From an uncultured Oscillospiraceae bacterium (GTDB lineage Bacteria; Bacillota; Clostridia; Oscillospirales; Oscillospiraceae): 64,000 nucleotides of DNA. Position 1 is the stretch's first letter. Every line of letters begins with the position of its first letter. Below the pieces are notes generated by a model. The model ran no database searches, was not told where the DNA came from, and was given only the letters and a program-made list of their open reading frames with translations. The stretch is from assembly GCA_947169975.1 (NCBI GenBank), contig CAMVRT010000008.1, positions 17,823 to 81,822 of the forward strand. The letters run 5' to 3'. The position numbers and the translations under genes were made by a program. Shown here piece by piece: positions 28,904 to 38,344 of this stretch.

Positions 28904-31585
28904 TCACTTCACCGTCAGCACGGCGGGATCGGATTCGGTCCGGATGCCGCCGCCGTCGGTGATGACGCAGCGGTACTGCTGGCCGTTCCGGGCGATGGTG
29001 GCGGGGACGGACAGCGCGGCGGTGTCGGCTCCGGTCATGCCGGAGTTGACCCAATTGCTGCCGGTGTAGTACTGCCACTGATAGGCAAGCTCCACGCCCT
29101 GGGCCTCCACGGTGAAGGTGGCGGTCTCGCCCACGGCGGCGGTCACATCCTGAGGCTGGGCGGTGATGACGGTCTCCACCAGCAGCTTGGCCGCGTCGGA
29201 GGTGTACTGCTTGCCGTTGGCGTCCCTCACCACGCAGTGGTATTTCTGTCCGTTCCGGGCGGCGGTGACGCCGATCTCCAGCGTGTCGGTCCGGGCTCCT
29301 GCGGCGGTGGAGTTCACCCACTTGTCGGAGCCGGGGGCCTTGTACTGCCACTGGTAGGTGAGGCCCACACCGGTGGCCTCCACGTGGAAGGCGGCGGTCT
29401 CGCCCAGCGGCGCCCGGACGGTCCGGGGCTGCTCCGTGATGGCGATCTTTACCGTCAGCCTGGCGGCGTCGGAGGTGTACTGCTTGCCGTTGGCGTCCCT
29501 CACCACGCAGTGGTATTTCTGTCCGTTCCGGGCGGCGGTGACGCCGATCTCCAGCGTGTCGGTCCGGGCTCCTGCGGCGGTAGAGTTGACCCACTTGTCG
29601 GAGCCGGGTGCCTTGTACTGCCACTGATACGTAAGTCCCACGCCGGTGGCCTTCACGGTGAACTTCGCCTTGTCGCCCAGCACGGCGGAGACCGCCTTGG
29701 GCTGCTTCGTGATAGCGATCTTCACCGTCAGCCTGGCGGCGTCGGAGGTGTACTGTTTGCCGTTGGCGTCGGTGATGACGCAGCGGTACTGCTGGCCGTT
29801 CCGTGCGGCGGTGACGGGCACCTCCAGCGTGGCGGTCTTGGCCCCGGTCATGGAGGAGTTGGCCCACTTGGAGCCGGTGTAGTACTGCCACTGGTATTTG
29901 AGGCCCACGCCGGTGGCCTTCACGGTGAACTTCGCCGTGTCGCCCACCGTGCCGCTGGCGTTCTTGGGTTGGGCGGTGATATCAGTCTTGATGTACAGCT
30001 TTACCCAGTCGGTCATGATCTCCTCGGTCGCGTCGCTGTAAAGAACGCAGTAAAACACAGCGCCGTTGTACTCGGCCTTAACAGGCACCTCCAGGGTATC
30101 GGTGTTGTAGCCGGTAAAGGGGCAGGGCTCGGTGCCGTTTGTGCTCGAGGAGCTCCAATACCACAGGTACTTGCTGCAGTAACCGTCTGTCTTGACGGAG
30201 AAGACAGCGGTTTCTCCGATGGCTGCGGCAACGTCCGTGGGCTGACCGGTGATGGTGAGCAGCTTGTGCCAGAACAGATCGCCGCCGTAGTTACCCATAC
30301 CCGTCCATGAGCTGTCACCGCCGGGATAGAAGGCCGTGGCGGACACGCCGTAGAAGGCGTTATCACCGATGGCGGGCTTGCTGCCCTCGAACCACATCAG
30401 CTCCATCCCCGCGTTGTAGAATGCAGCCTCACCGATGGTCTTCAGCGCGGCGGGGAAGCGCACCTCCGTCAGGTTGTCGCAGTGATAGAAAGCGGCCTCG
30501 CCGATGGTGACCAGCTTCCCGGGCATGTTAATGCTGTACAGATACGTGCAATAGTAGAACGCCCCGTCGCCGATCTTCGTGATGTTGTTGGACATCGTCA
30601 TTCTGTACAGAGAGGTGCAGTTGAAGAAGGCCCCCTCGCCCAGGGTCATCACGGAATCTCCCATAGCGACGCTGTAAATGTTCGTGTTGGCAAAGGCATA
30701 GTCGCCGACGGCCGTCACGGTGGAGGGGATCTTGTACTGTCTGGTGCCCTCGGCGCAGTACTCGATGAGCCGGGTCTTGGCCTTGTTCATCAGGGCCTTG
30801 CCGTCGGTGGCGTAATAGGGGTTGCCGCTGTCCACCACCAGGGTGGTCATGGCGGTGTTGGACACGAAGGCGTCGGGCTCCACCTTGGTGACGCTGGCGG
30901 GAATGGTGACGCGGGTCATGCTGAGCCAGCCGCAGATGGAGTTGCTGCCGATGGTCTTGACGGTGGAGGGAATGGTGTAGGTAGTGTGGGCCTGGGCGCA
31001 GTACTCGATAAAGCGGGTCTTGTCCTTGTTGAACAGGGCCCGTCCGTCGGCGCTGTATTTGGTGTTGCCGCCGTCCACCTGGAAGCCGGTCATAGCACCG
31101 CAGCAGGAGAAGGCGGCGGTGCCGATCTCGGTGACGGAGGCGGGCACACGCATGCTTGTCACGCTGACGCAGCCGAAGAAGGCCATAGGACCGATCTTCT
31201 TCAGGCCGCCGGGCAGGGTGATGCTCTCCAGGCCGTAGCAGTAGGAGAAGGCGCCCTCGCCGATCTCCGTCACGGTGGAAGGGATGGACACGGACGTGGC
31301 GTTGGCGCACAGAATGAAGGCCACGTCGCCGATCCTCGTCACGCCGGAGCCCACCACGATCTTCTCAATGCTCTCGGCGCTCTCGATCCAGGGCGGCAGA
31401 TTCTTGTCGGTAAAATCCGTCATGGCGCCCTTGCCGGAGATGGTCAGGGTGCCGCCGTCCAGCTTCCAGGTCACGTTGCTGCCGCAGGAACCGCTCTGGG
31501 CGGCCTCGGCGGTGGCAGCCCCGAAGGGCACCATCACCAGCACCATGACCAGGATGAGCAGCAGGCTTGTCAGTTTACGCTTCAT
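28904..31585 (-). CDS. secreted/cell-surface protein with N-terminal BspA-type LRR domain plus five Ig-like repeats
   Basis: RBS AGGAGGA. Signal peptide MKRKLTSLLLILVMVLVMVPFGAATAEA. About 14 IP.(S/T)V..IG..AF..C repeats are followed by 5 repeats of about 91 aa (..QP..V...G..A.F.V.A.G.GL.YQWQY.......W.NS...GA.T.TL...V.AARNGQ.Y.CV..D.NG...S..A.L.V). Confidence 0.8.
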   Translation of the reverse strand: MKRKLTSLLLILVMVLVMVPFGAATAEAAQSGSCGSNVTWKLDGGTLTISGKGAMTDFTDKNLPPWIESAESIEKIVVGSGVTRIGDVAFILCANATSVSIPSTVTEIGEGAFSYCYGLESITLPGGLKKIGPMAFFGCVSVTSMRVPASVTEIGTAAFSCCGAMTGFQVDGGNTKYSADGRALFNKDKTRFIEYCAQAHTTYTIPSTVKTIGSNSICGWLSMTRVTIPASVTKVEPDAFVSNTAMTTLVVDSGNPYYATDGKALMNKAKTRLIEYCAEGTRQYKIPSTVTAVGDYAFANTNIYSVAMGDSVMTLGEGAFFNCTSLYRMTMSNNITKIGDGAFYYCTYLYSINMPGKLVTIGEAAFYHCDNLTEVRFPAALKTIGEAAFYNAGMELMWFEGSKPAIGDNAFYGVSATAFYPGGDSSWTGMGNYGGDLFWHKLLTITGQPTDVAAAIGETAVFSVKTDGYCSKYLWYWSSSSTNGTEPCPFTGYNTDTLEVPVKAEYNGAVFYCVLYSDATEEIMTDWVKLYIKTDITAQPKNASGTVGDTAKFTVKATGVGLKYQWQYYTGSKWANSSMTGAKTATLEVPVTAARNGQQYRCVITDANGKQYTSDAARLTVKIAITKQPKAVSAVLGDKAKFTVKATGVGLTYQWQYKAPGSDKWVNSTAAGARTDTLEIGVTAARNGQKYHCVVRDANGKQYTSDAARLTVKIAITEQPRTVRAPLGETAAFHVEATGVGLTYQWQYKAPGSDKWVNSTAAGARTDTLEIGVTAARNGQKYHCVVRDANGKQYTSDAAKLLVETVITAQPQDVTAAVGETATFTVEAQGVELAYQWQYYTGSNWVNSGMTGADTAALSVPATIARNGQQYRCVITDGGGIRTESDPAVLTVK
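28910..30010 (-). repeat. 273-bp coding tandem repeats (Ig-like modules)
   Basis: For example, 29199-29345 is nearly identical to 29472-29618. The period of 273 bp equals 91 codons. Confidence 0.8.
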
Positions 31586-31689
31586 GATTCATCCTCCTTT
31601 GACTCATTGATCGCTTCTTCGTTTATTATTTATCATCATACGCCTTCATGCCGGTTTTGTCCAGTCCTTCCCGCATGAGGGTAATGTAT

Positions 31690-31716
31690 GACCGTATGGA
31701 TGATGACGCGGTTTCC
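31690..31716 (-). promoter_or_regulatory. candidate ECF-type promoter in front of the LRR/Ig gene
   Basis: On the minus strand: GGAAAC, 16 nt, CGGTC, immediately after the anti-sigma stop. It resembles the generic ECF GGAAC-N16/17-CGT pattern but is not validated. Confidence 0.25.
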
Positions 31717-31721
31717 ACCGC

Positions 31722-33443
31722 TCACGGCTCATAGGGCACGCAGGTAAAGTCCGCCCCGTGCTCGCTGAACATCTCCTCCAGCTCAGCAGGGGTCGTCTCC
31801 GCCCACTCCCCTGTGTCGGGGTAGTAGACCGTAGCCGTCATGCGGTCACTCCACGGATACTGCTCGTTCTCTCTTCCAAATTGCGGGATCCTCTCACCGA
31901 GAAACGTGATGGTCGACAGATTGCTGCACCTTAAGAAGCATTCGCAGCCGATGGACTCCACCCCGCGGCCGATGGTGACCTCCCGCAGACTCTCGCACCC
32001 GATGAACGCGCATCCGTTTTCGGTGCCGATCTGCCTGACGCTGTCAGGGATCTCTACTCTCTCCAGCGCCTCACAGTACCCGAATGCGCCATGGTCGATG
32101 GTTTCCAGCCCGTTGCCCAACTCCAGCACGCGCATATCCTTAAAATCCATAAAGGCCTGCTCGCTGATGCGCTGTACGCCGGGAGCGACGACCACCTTAC
32201 GGACCCTCTCGCTCCACTGTTTGTAATTCCACGCCCGCCGTGTATCGATATTCCCGGCCTTTTCCTGCAGCTCCTTGTCATTCCACATGGCTCCGGTGCC
32301 GGAAATCGTCAGGGTATCGTCGGCGTCCAGCGTCCACTCCAGGTCGTCGCCGCACCTGCCCCGCGCTCTGTATCGCGTCGCTGTCAATGTGGCCGGCTCT
32401 GTGGTCAGGGTGTCGCCGTTGGCGTCGGTGATGATACAGCGGTACCGATAGCCGCTGCGCGCCTCCGTCACCGGGACGGAGAGCGTGTCCGTGTCCGCCC
32501 CCTCAAAGGAGGAATCGCACCAGTGGCCGCCATCCGGCTCTCTGTACTGCCACCGGTATCTTAATGCCGGACCGGCTGCGTCCGCGATAAAGGCTGCCGT
32601 ATCACCGAGACATACGGTCTGGTCACCGGGCTGGTGAAATATTTTGCTCCGCACGGCCAGCTTGGCCGCCTGGGAGTAGGTCGGTCTGCCATAGGCTTCG
32701 TAGATCTTACAGCGGTACAGCAAGCCGTGATAGTTGGGATCAGCTTTGACGGTGATTTGGGGCGTCCGAATGCCTTTATGGTCCATCCCCTCCCACACGA
32801 GAGTGTTCCATACCTTCCCGCCGTCGCTGCTCTTTTGCCAGTAATACGACAGCCCGTCGCCCTGGGCCTCTACAGTGAAGGTCACCTGCTCAAATGCCTC
32901 GGCGGAGGCGTCCTCCGGCTGGCGGGTGATCTTCACCCCCGCCGCCGTCGGCGTCGGCTCGGGCTCAGGCTCCGGCTCCGGCTGGGGTTCCGGTTCCGGC
33001 TCCGGCTCGGGCTCCGGCTGGGGCTGGGGTTCCGGTTCCGGCTCGGGCTCCGGCTGCGGCTGCGACTGGGTGTAGCGCTCCTTCTCGATGCCGGAGTGCA
33101 GCTCGCCCTTCTTGGCAGCCCACCGGGCCACCGTAGCCCGGAAGACCGGCGAGGCGGCAAAGGCCACCGACAGCGACAGCACCAGCACCATGGCCACAAT
33201 GGCCACCCGGCTGACGAGGCGCAGGGTCTTTCTGCCCGCAGCGCGTCTTGTGCCGGCGGATGCGCCCCGGCGGATGATCCGCTCACAGGCGCCGCGCAGG
33301 CTCTCCGGCAGTGCCGCGCCGCTGATGCGCAGCCGCTCGCTTTCGGCCTGAGCCGCTTCTCCCTCCGCCGCCGCCACATCCTCCATCAGCAGGGTCAGCA
33401 GAGCGTTTTCATAGTCCTCGTACAGGCTCTCCCGTCTTGTCAT
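31722..33443 (-). CDS. putative anti-sigma factor with extracellular (PE/PQ)n linker, Ig-like repeats and LRR domain
   Basis: Its ATG 33443 overlaps the sigma-factor stop (ATGA). It has an N-terminal cytoplasmic segment of about 90 aa and one TM segment ([16 protein letters not shown]). These are followed by the [12 protein letters not shown]... linker, 2-3 Ig-like repeats of the same type as in 28904-31585, and BspA-type LRRs. Confidence 0.6.
   Translation of the reverse strand: MTRRESLYEDYENALLTLLMEDVAAAEGEAAQAESERLRISGAALPESLRGACERIIRRGASAGTRRAAGRKTLRLVSRVAIVAMVLVLSLSVAFAASPVFRATVARWAAKKGELHSGIEKERYTQSQPQPEPEPEPEPQPQPEPEPEPEPEPQPEPEPEPEPTPTAAGVKITRQPEDASAEAFEQVTFTVEAQGDGLSYYWQKSSDGGKVWNTLVWEGMDHKGIRTPQITVKADPNYHGLLYRCKIYEAYGRPTYSQAAKLAVRSKIFHQPGDQTVCLGDTAAFIADAAGPALRYRWQYREPDGGHWCDSSFEGADTDTLSVPVTEARSGYRYRCIITDANGDTLTTEPATLTATRYRARGRCGDDLEWTLDADDTLTISGTGAMWNDKELQEKAGNIDTRRAWNYKQWSERVRKVVVAPGVQRISEQAFMDFKDMRVLELGNGLETIDHGAFGYCEALERVEIPDSVRQIGTENGCAFIGCESLREVTIGRGVESIGCECFLRCSNLSTITFLGERIPQFGRENEQYPWSDRMTATVYYPDTGEWAETTPAELEEMFSEHGADFTCVPYEP
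32950..33066 (-). repeat. coding (CCG GAG/CCC CAG)n microsatellite, PE/PQ linker
   Basis: ggctccggctccggctggggttccggttccggc... in frame within the anti-sigma gene. Confidence 0.8.
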
Positions 33444-33997
33444 CTTTTCACCCACTCTCCATAGGCCTCCATGGCCCTGCGCCGGGCGCGGGTCAGCTTC
33501 ATACGCACGCTGTCCGTCCGGCAGCCCAGCTCCTCGGCGATCTCCTCGTTGCTTTCGCCCAGAATGTACTTCTTCTCCAGGATGGTCCGGTCCGCCTCCG
33601 GCAGCGTCTGCCAGATGGCGTAGAAGTCCGTCCGCTCCTCGCCGCGCACCACCACCCACTCCGCGGAGCACTCCGTGTCGCAGAGCTCGGCGGCATCCTC
33701 CGGCGCCCGCTGGTCGGTGTGCTTCGTCCGCACCTGCTGGGCGCGGAGCTGATTCCGCGCCGTGTTCTTTACAGTATTAACGATATAGCCCGCCAGATTG
33801 CAACGGGGCAGGCCCATAATTCTTCGAATATGGCGGATCAGCCTGACAAAGGACTCCTGCACCACGTCCTCGGCGGCCTCGTCCTCGTCCACGAACCGTC
33901 TGGCTGTGCTGTACATCAGCGGCCCGTATTCATCCAGAACGGACTCCATAAACGAACGCTCCTCGGCTGTCTGCAGGATCAGTTGAAATGGCAGCAC
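33440..33997 (-). CDS. ECF-type RNA polymerase sigma-70 family factor
   Basis: GTG start 33997 after GGGAGAAGGAG. Region 2 is [12 protein letters not shown]. Region 4 is [28 protein letters not shown]. Confidence 0.8.
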   Translation of the reverse strand: MLPFQLILQTAEERSFMESVLDEYGPLMYSTARRFVDEDEAAEDVVQESFVRLIRHIRRIMGLPRCNLAGYIVNTVKNTARNQLRAQQVRTKHTDQRAPEDAAELCDTECSAEWVVVRGEERTDFYAIWQTLPEADRTILEKKYILGESNEEIAEELGCRTDSVRMKLTRARRRAMEAYGEWVKR

Positions 33998-34099
33998 ACT
34001 TATACACTCCTTCTCCCTCAGTTGCCTGTGTTTACCAGTCTATATAACACCCTTCCCCCGAAAAACGCAACATTCGACACACGCTCTGCCCCGAAAAGG

Positions 34100-34130
34100 C
34101 AAAAAACGCACCCCCCTTGCGGAAGGTGCG
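34100..34130 (-). terminator. rho-independent terminator after tmk
   Basis: Minus strand: cgcaccttccgcaaggggggtgcg plus tttttt. Confidence 0.75.
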
Positions 34131-34150
34131 TCTTGTCTCTGTTTGTCCGG

Positions 34151-34813
34151 TCAACTACGCTGCGCCAGGGCCAGCACGTCGGTGCCGATGTCCTCCACCG
34201 TGCGCATTACGCCGTTCCGGGTGCAGTCCACGGTGTCCCAGCCCAAGGCGGCGGCGCAGTACTCCGCCGCGGCGCGGGAGCGGTTCAGGTAGTCCAGATC
34301 GTGCTCGTGGATGTCCTTTTTGCTCTCATCGCCGTGGTAGCGCCCGGTCATGAGCCGCTGGCTCACCGCCGGATCCACCTGCAGATAGATGACCCGGTCC
34401 GGCGCGGGGATGCCCAGCAGGTCGTACTCATAGTGGAAGAGCCAGTTCAAAAACGCCTCCCACTGCTCCCGGGGCAGCTTGGAGCACTGGTGCACGGCGT
34501 TGGAGGTGGTGTAGCGGTCCGCCACCACGATGCCGCCGCCGTTGTAGAAGTCCGCCCAATCCTTTTTGAAGCTGGCATAGCGATCCACGGCGTAGAAGCT
34601 GGAGGCGGCGTATGCGTTGACGTCGTCGGGTTTGCTGCCGAACTCGCCCCGGAGATACATTTTCACCAGGGCGGAGGAATCGCTTTCGTAGTCCGGGAAG
34701 GATACCTTCCTCACCCGCTCTCCCCGCTCCGTGAGATGCCGCACCAGCGCCTCCGCCTGGGTGGCCTTGCCGGAGCCGTCCAGCCCCTCGATGACGATCA
34801 GTTTCCCGCTCAT
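34151..34813 (-). CDS. tmk: thymidylate (dTMP) kinase family protein
   Basis: IVIEGLDGSGKATQ P-loop, VADRYTTSNAVHQ, and a lid region. Confidence 0.78.
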   Translation of the reverse strand: MSGKLIVIEGLDGSGKATQAEALVRHLTERGERVRKVSFPDYESDSSALVKMYLRGEFGSKPDDVNAYAASSFYAVDRYASFKKDWADFYNGGGIVVADRYTTSNAVHQCSKLPREQWEAFLNWLFHYEYDLLGIPAPDRVIYLQVDPAVSQRLMTGRYHGDESKKDIHEHDLDYLNRSRAAAEYCAAALGWDTVDCTRNGVMRTVEDIGTDVLALAQRS

Positions 34814-34846
34814 ATGGTGCCTCTTTTCCTCGTTTTCTTCCCTGTT

Positions 34847-34875
34847 ATCATATCATCCGCCCCCCGCCTTGTCAA
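34847..34875 (-). promoter_or_regulatory. sigmaA-type promoter for tmk
   Basis: On the minus strand: TTGACA, 17 nt, TATGAT. Confidence 0.55.
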
Positions 34876-34992
34876 CGACAGCCCCCAAAGCCTTCTCCTC
34901 CTGCGCCCCACAAGCCTTCCCCTTGAGGGGAAGGTGCCGAGCGCAAGCGAGGCGGATGAGGTGTCAAATTCGATGAGGCGTACATCCGTCTC

Positions 34993-37482
34993 TTACTCCT
35001 CGAACCCCACCACCTCATAGTCCTCCGCCTCCACGGCTTTTCGCATGGCCTCCCGGTCGGTGGGAGCGTTGAGGGTCACGACGGCAACGCCCTTTTCGTG
35101 GCTGGCGCTTGCGCTGGCCACGCCGGGCACGGCCTCCAGCGCGTTTTTCACCGCCCTCTCGCAATGCTCACACATCATGCCCTGGATGCGGATGGTGACA
35201 GTCTCCTCGGCGGAACTCTCCTCCGCCTTGACGGCGGCGTGAATACGTCGCTTATCCTTGGAAGGGTCATATACTTTACACCAGTTGAGCCGCAAGGCGT
35301 TGGTCACCACAAAGAAGCTGGAAAGGCTCATGGCGGCTGCGCCGATCATGGGGTTGAGGGTCAGCCCCAGGGGGATGAACACACCCGCCGCCAGAGGGAT
35401 GCAGATGGCGTTGTAGAAGAAGGCCCAAAACAGGTTCTGGTGGATGTTCCGCACGGTGGAGCGGCTCAGCCGGATGGCAGCTGCCACGTCGGTGAGGCGG
35501 CTCTTCATCACCACCACGTCCGCCGCGTCCACCGCCACGTCGGCGCCGGCCCCGATGGCGACGCCCAGATCGGCCCGGGTCAGGGCAGGCGCGTCGTTGA
35601 TGCCGTCGCCTACCATGATGACCCTGCCCTCCTTCTGCAGCCGGCGTATGACGCTCTCCTTGCCGTCGGGCAGGACTTCGGCGATGACCTCATCCACACC
35701 GGCCTCCGTGCCGATGGCACGGGCGGTGCGCTGGTTGTCGCCGGTGAGCATCACCACCCGGATCCCCATATTCCGCAGCTCCCTGATGGCCTCCGGGCTG
35801 TCGGGCTTGATGACGTCCGCCACGGCGATGAGCCCCAGCAAATGACCGTCCCGGCTGAACAGCAGCGGCGTCTTGCCCTGGGCCGCCAGCGCTTCCGCCT
35901 TCTGCCGCACGTCGTCCGGCACGGCTGCGTGCTCCGCGATGAAATCGAGACTGCCGCCCAGCAGCTTGGCCCCGCCGCACACGGCCTCCAGACCGTGACC
36001 GGGCAGAGCCCGGAAATCGGTGACATTTTGCGGCTCGATGTTCCTCGCCTCCGCCTCGGACAGGATGGCCCGGGCCAGCGGATGCTCGCTCCCCTGCTCC
36101 ATAGACGCCGCCATGGTCAGCAGCGCCGTCTCGTCCACAGCGACGATGTCCGTCACCTTCGGCTCCCCGGCGGTGATGGTGCCGGTCTTGTCCAGCACGG
36201 CGATGTCGGTCTTGCCTGCGTTTTCCAGGGAGACCGCCGTCTTGAAGAGGATGCCGTTCCGCGCGCCCACGCCGCTGCCCACCATGATGGCCACGGGGGT
36301 AGCAAGGCCCAGGGCGCAGGGGCAGGAGATCACCAGTACGGAGATGCCCCGTGCCAGCGCAAAGCCGAAGGGATGGCCCAGCAGCAGCCAGATGACCGTG
36401 GTAACCGCAGCGATGGAGATCACCACCGGCACGAACACGCCGGAAACCTTGTCGGCGATCTTGGCGATAGGCGCCTTGGTGGCGGCGGCGTCGCTGACCA
36501 TGCGGATGATCTGGCTGAGGGTGGTGTCCTCTCCCACCCGTGTGGCCCGGCAGCGCAGCAGGCCGGAGGTATTCACCGTTCCGGCGGACACGCTGTCGCC
36601 GGCCGTCTTGTCCACCGGCAGGCTCTCGCCTGTCAAGGCACTTTCATTGACAGCACTTGTGCCGTCAATGACTTCGCCGTCCACCGGGATATGCTCGCCG
36701 GGCCGCACGATGAAGGTGTCGCCCAACCGTACCTGCTCCACCGGGATCTCGGTCTCCTTGCCGCTGCGCACCACGCTGGCGGTCTTGGGGGACAAACGCA
36801 TCAAACTCTTGAGGGCGTCGGTGGTCTTGCCCTTGGACCGGGCCTCCAGCATCTTGCCCACGGTGATGAGGGTCAGGATCATGGCGGCGGACTCGAAGTA
36901 GAATTCATGCAGATACCGTGCCGGCTCCGCGGCGGCAGTCATGGCAAAGAGGGCGTAGGTGCTGTAGCAGAAGGCCGCCGCCGAGCCCATGGCCACCAGG
37001 GTGTCCATGTTGGGTGCCCGGTGCCACAGCGCCTTGCAGCCGCTGATGAAAAACCGCTGGTTGATGACCATGACGATGGCGGAAAGCAGCAATTCCACGA
37101 GCCCCACGGCCACGTGGTTGCCCTCGAAGAAGGCAGGCAGCGGGAAGCCCCACATCATGTGTCCCATGGACACGTACATCAATACGATGAGAAAACCCAG
37201 GGACCAGAGGAGCCGCCGCCGCAGCTTGGGTGTCTCAGTGTCCTTTAGCTGATCCTCCGCAGCGGATGACGTTTTCTGCGCCGCGCCCTTTTGGCTGGCG
37301 CCGTAGCCCGCGGCCTGCACCGCCGCGATGATGGCCTCGGCATTGGCAGTGCCCTCCACGCCCATGGAATTGGTCAGCAGACTCACCGAGCAGCTCTCCA
37401 CCCCCGGCACCGCGCTGACCGCCTTTTCCACCCGGGCGCTGCAGGCGGCGCAGCTCATGCCCGTTACGTTGTACTGTTCCAT
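34993..37482 (-). CDS. copA: copper-translocating P1B-type ATPase with N- and C-terminal HMA domains
   Basis: Start ATG 37482 ([19 protein letters not shown]). Motifs [17 protein letters not shown] and [11 protein letters not shown]. There is an extra C-terminal HMA domain ([14 protein letters not shown]). Confidence 0.92.
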   Translation of the reverse strand: MEQYNVTGMSCAACSARVEKAVSAVPGVESCSVSLLTNSMGVEGTANAEAIIAAVQAAGYGASQKGAAQKTSSAAEDQLKDTETPKLRRRLLWSLGFLIVLMYVSMGHMMWGFPLPAFFEGNHVAVGLVELLLSAIVMVINQRFFISGCKALWHRAPNMDTLVAMGSAAAFCYSTYALFAMTAAAEPARYLHEFYFESAAMILTLITVGKMLEARSKGKTTDALKSLMRLSPKTASVVRSGKETEIPVEQVRLGDTFIVRPGEHIPVDGEVIDGTSAVNESALTGESLPVDKTAGDSVSAGTVNTSGLLRCRATRVGEDTTLSQIIRMVSDAAATKAPIAKIADKVSGVFVPVVISIAAVTTVIWLLLGHPFGFALARGISVLVISCPCALGLATPVAIMVGSGVGARNGILFKTAVSLENAGKTDIAVLDKTGTITAGEPKVTDIVAVDETALLTMAASMEQGSEHPLARAILSEAEARNIEPQNVTDFRALPGHGLEAVCGGAKLLGGSLDFIAEHAAVPDDVRQKAEALAAQGKTPLLFSRDGHLLGLIAVADVIKPDSPEAIRELRNMGIRVVMLTGDNQRTARAIGTEAGVDEVIAEVLPDGKESVIRRLQKEGRVIMVGDGINDAPALTRADLGVAIGAGADVAVDAADVVVMKSRLTDVAAAIRLSRSTVRNIHQNLFWAFFYNAICIPLAAGVFIPLGLTLNPMIGAAAMSLSSFFVVTNALRLNWCKVYDPSKDKRRIHAAVKAEESSAEETVTIRIQGMMCEHCERAVKNALEAVPGVASASASHEKGVAVVTLNAPTDREAMRKAVEAEDYEVVGFEE

Positions 37483-37486
37483 CCCT

Positions 37487-37867
37487 TTACACCTCTTGTG
37501 TCTCAATGGCTGTGACCTGATAGTCCAGCATGGCCACCGCCAGCCGCAGCTGTTCCGGGTCCACCGGGCGGTCACAGGTCACGGTCGCCGTCTTATGCTT
37601 GAGATCCACCTCGCTGACCACGCCCTCGAACCGGTCCAGCCGCCGCTCCACGGCGCGCTTGCAGTTCTCGCAGTGCATCCCCTCGATGTGGAAAACGTAC
37701 CGGCCCACGACAGGTCCCTCCAGCGTCTTCTTCTCGCCGGAGTCGATGACGCCGCCTCCGCCGCCGCAGCAGGCGCCCTTGCCCTTGGCGTGCTTGATAA
37801 CGCTGACAACGCCGCCCGCCACGCCTGCGGCGATAACGGCGATCAAAACGTAGTTGATCCATTCCAT
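37487..37867 (-). CDS. membrane-anchored heavy-metal-associated (CopZ-like) protein
   Basis: Start ATG 37867 after GGGAGG. It has one TM segment, a Cys/Gly patch (GACCGGGGG), and an HMA domain ([14 protein letters not shown]). Confidence 0.75.
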   Translation of the reverse strand: MEWINYVLIAVIAAGVAGGVVSVIKHAKGKGACCGGGGGVIDSGEKKTLEGPVVGRYVFHIEGMHCENCKRAVERRLDRFEGVVSEVDLKHKTATVTCDRPVDPEQLRLAVAMLDYQVTAIETQEV

Positions 37868-37890
37868 ATTGTCTGTACCTCCCAGTCTGT

Positions 37891-38199
37891 TTATTTCATC
37901 AGCTTCTGTACGGTGTTCACCAGCTCGTCCACCACGCTGTCGTCTCCCTCCCGGAGATCCCGCACCACGCAGGTGCGGATGTGGCGGGCCAGCAGGTCGC
38001 GGTTGAAGGCGTTGAGGGCCGCCGCCACCGCCGCCGATTGGGTGAGGATGTCGGCGCAGTAGGCGTCCCTCTCGATCATGCCGCTCAATCCCCGCACCTG
38101 CCCTTCGATGCGGCGCAGGCGGTTGATGAGCTTTTTCTTCTCCTCCTCCGACCGCTCCGTCACCTTCTGGCAGCAGATGCACCTTTTATCGCAGTCCAT
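37891..38199 (-). CDS. csoR: CsoR-family copper-sensing repressor
   Basis: LINRLRRIEGQVRGLSGMIERDAYCADILTQSAAV...H..C matches the DUF156/CsoR signature, including the Cys-His-Cys ligand positions. Confidence 0.85.
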   Translation of the reverse strand: MDCDKRCICCQKVTERSEEEKKKLINRLRRIEGQVRGLSGMIERDAYCADILTQSAAVAAALNAFNRDLLARHIRTCVVRDLREGDDSVVDELVNTVQKLMK

Positions 38200-38239
38200 G
38201 GGAATCCCCCTTTCGCAGCCGTCTTGTTAGGCTGTTCTA

Positions 38240-38268
38240 ACTATATACCCCCACCGGGTATTTGTCAA
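38240..38268 (-). promoter_or_regulatory. cop operon promoter with embedded CsoR operator
   Basis: On the minus strand: TTGACA, 17 nt, TATAGT. The spacer is the pseudo-palindrome ATACCCGGTGGGGGTAT (38245-38261), a GC-rich TACCC..GGGTA box of the kind bound by CsoR. Confidence 0.65.
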
Positions 38269-38294
38269 GAGCAAAAAGAGACGGATTCCCACAG

Positions 38295-38323
38295 AAAAAG
38301 CCGCCCACCGGGCGGCTTTTTCT
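38295..38323 (-). terminator. bidirectional hairpin terminator
   Basis: aaaaagccgcccaccgggcggcttttt, framed by the D-module arms ggattccc / cggaatgac. Confidence 0.7.
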
Positions 38324-38344
38324 TCGGAATGACAGGTGGGGTGT

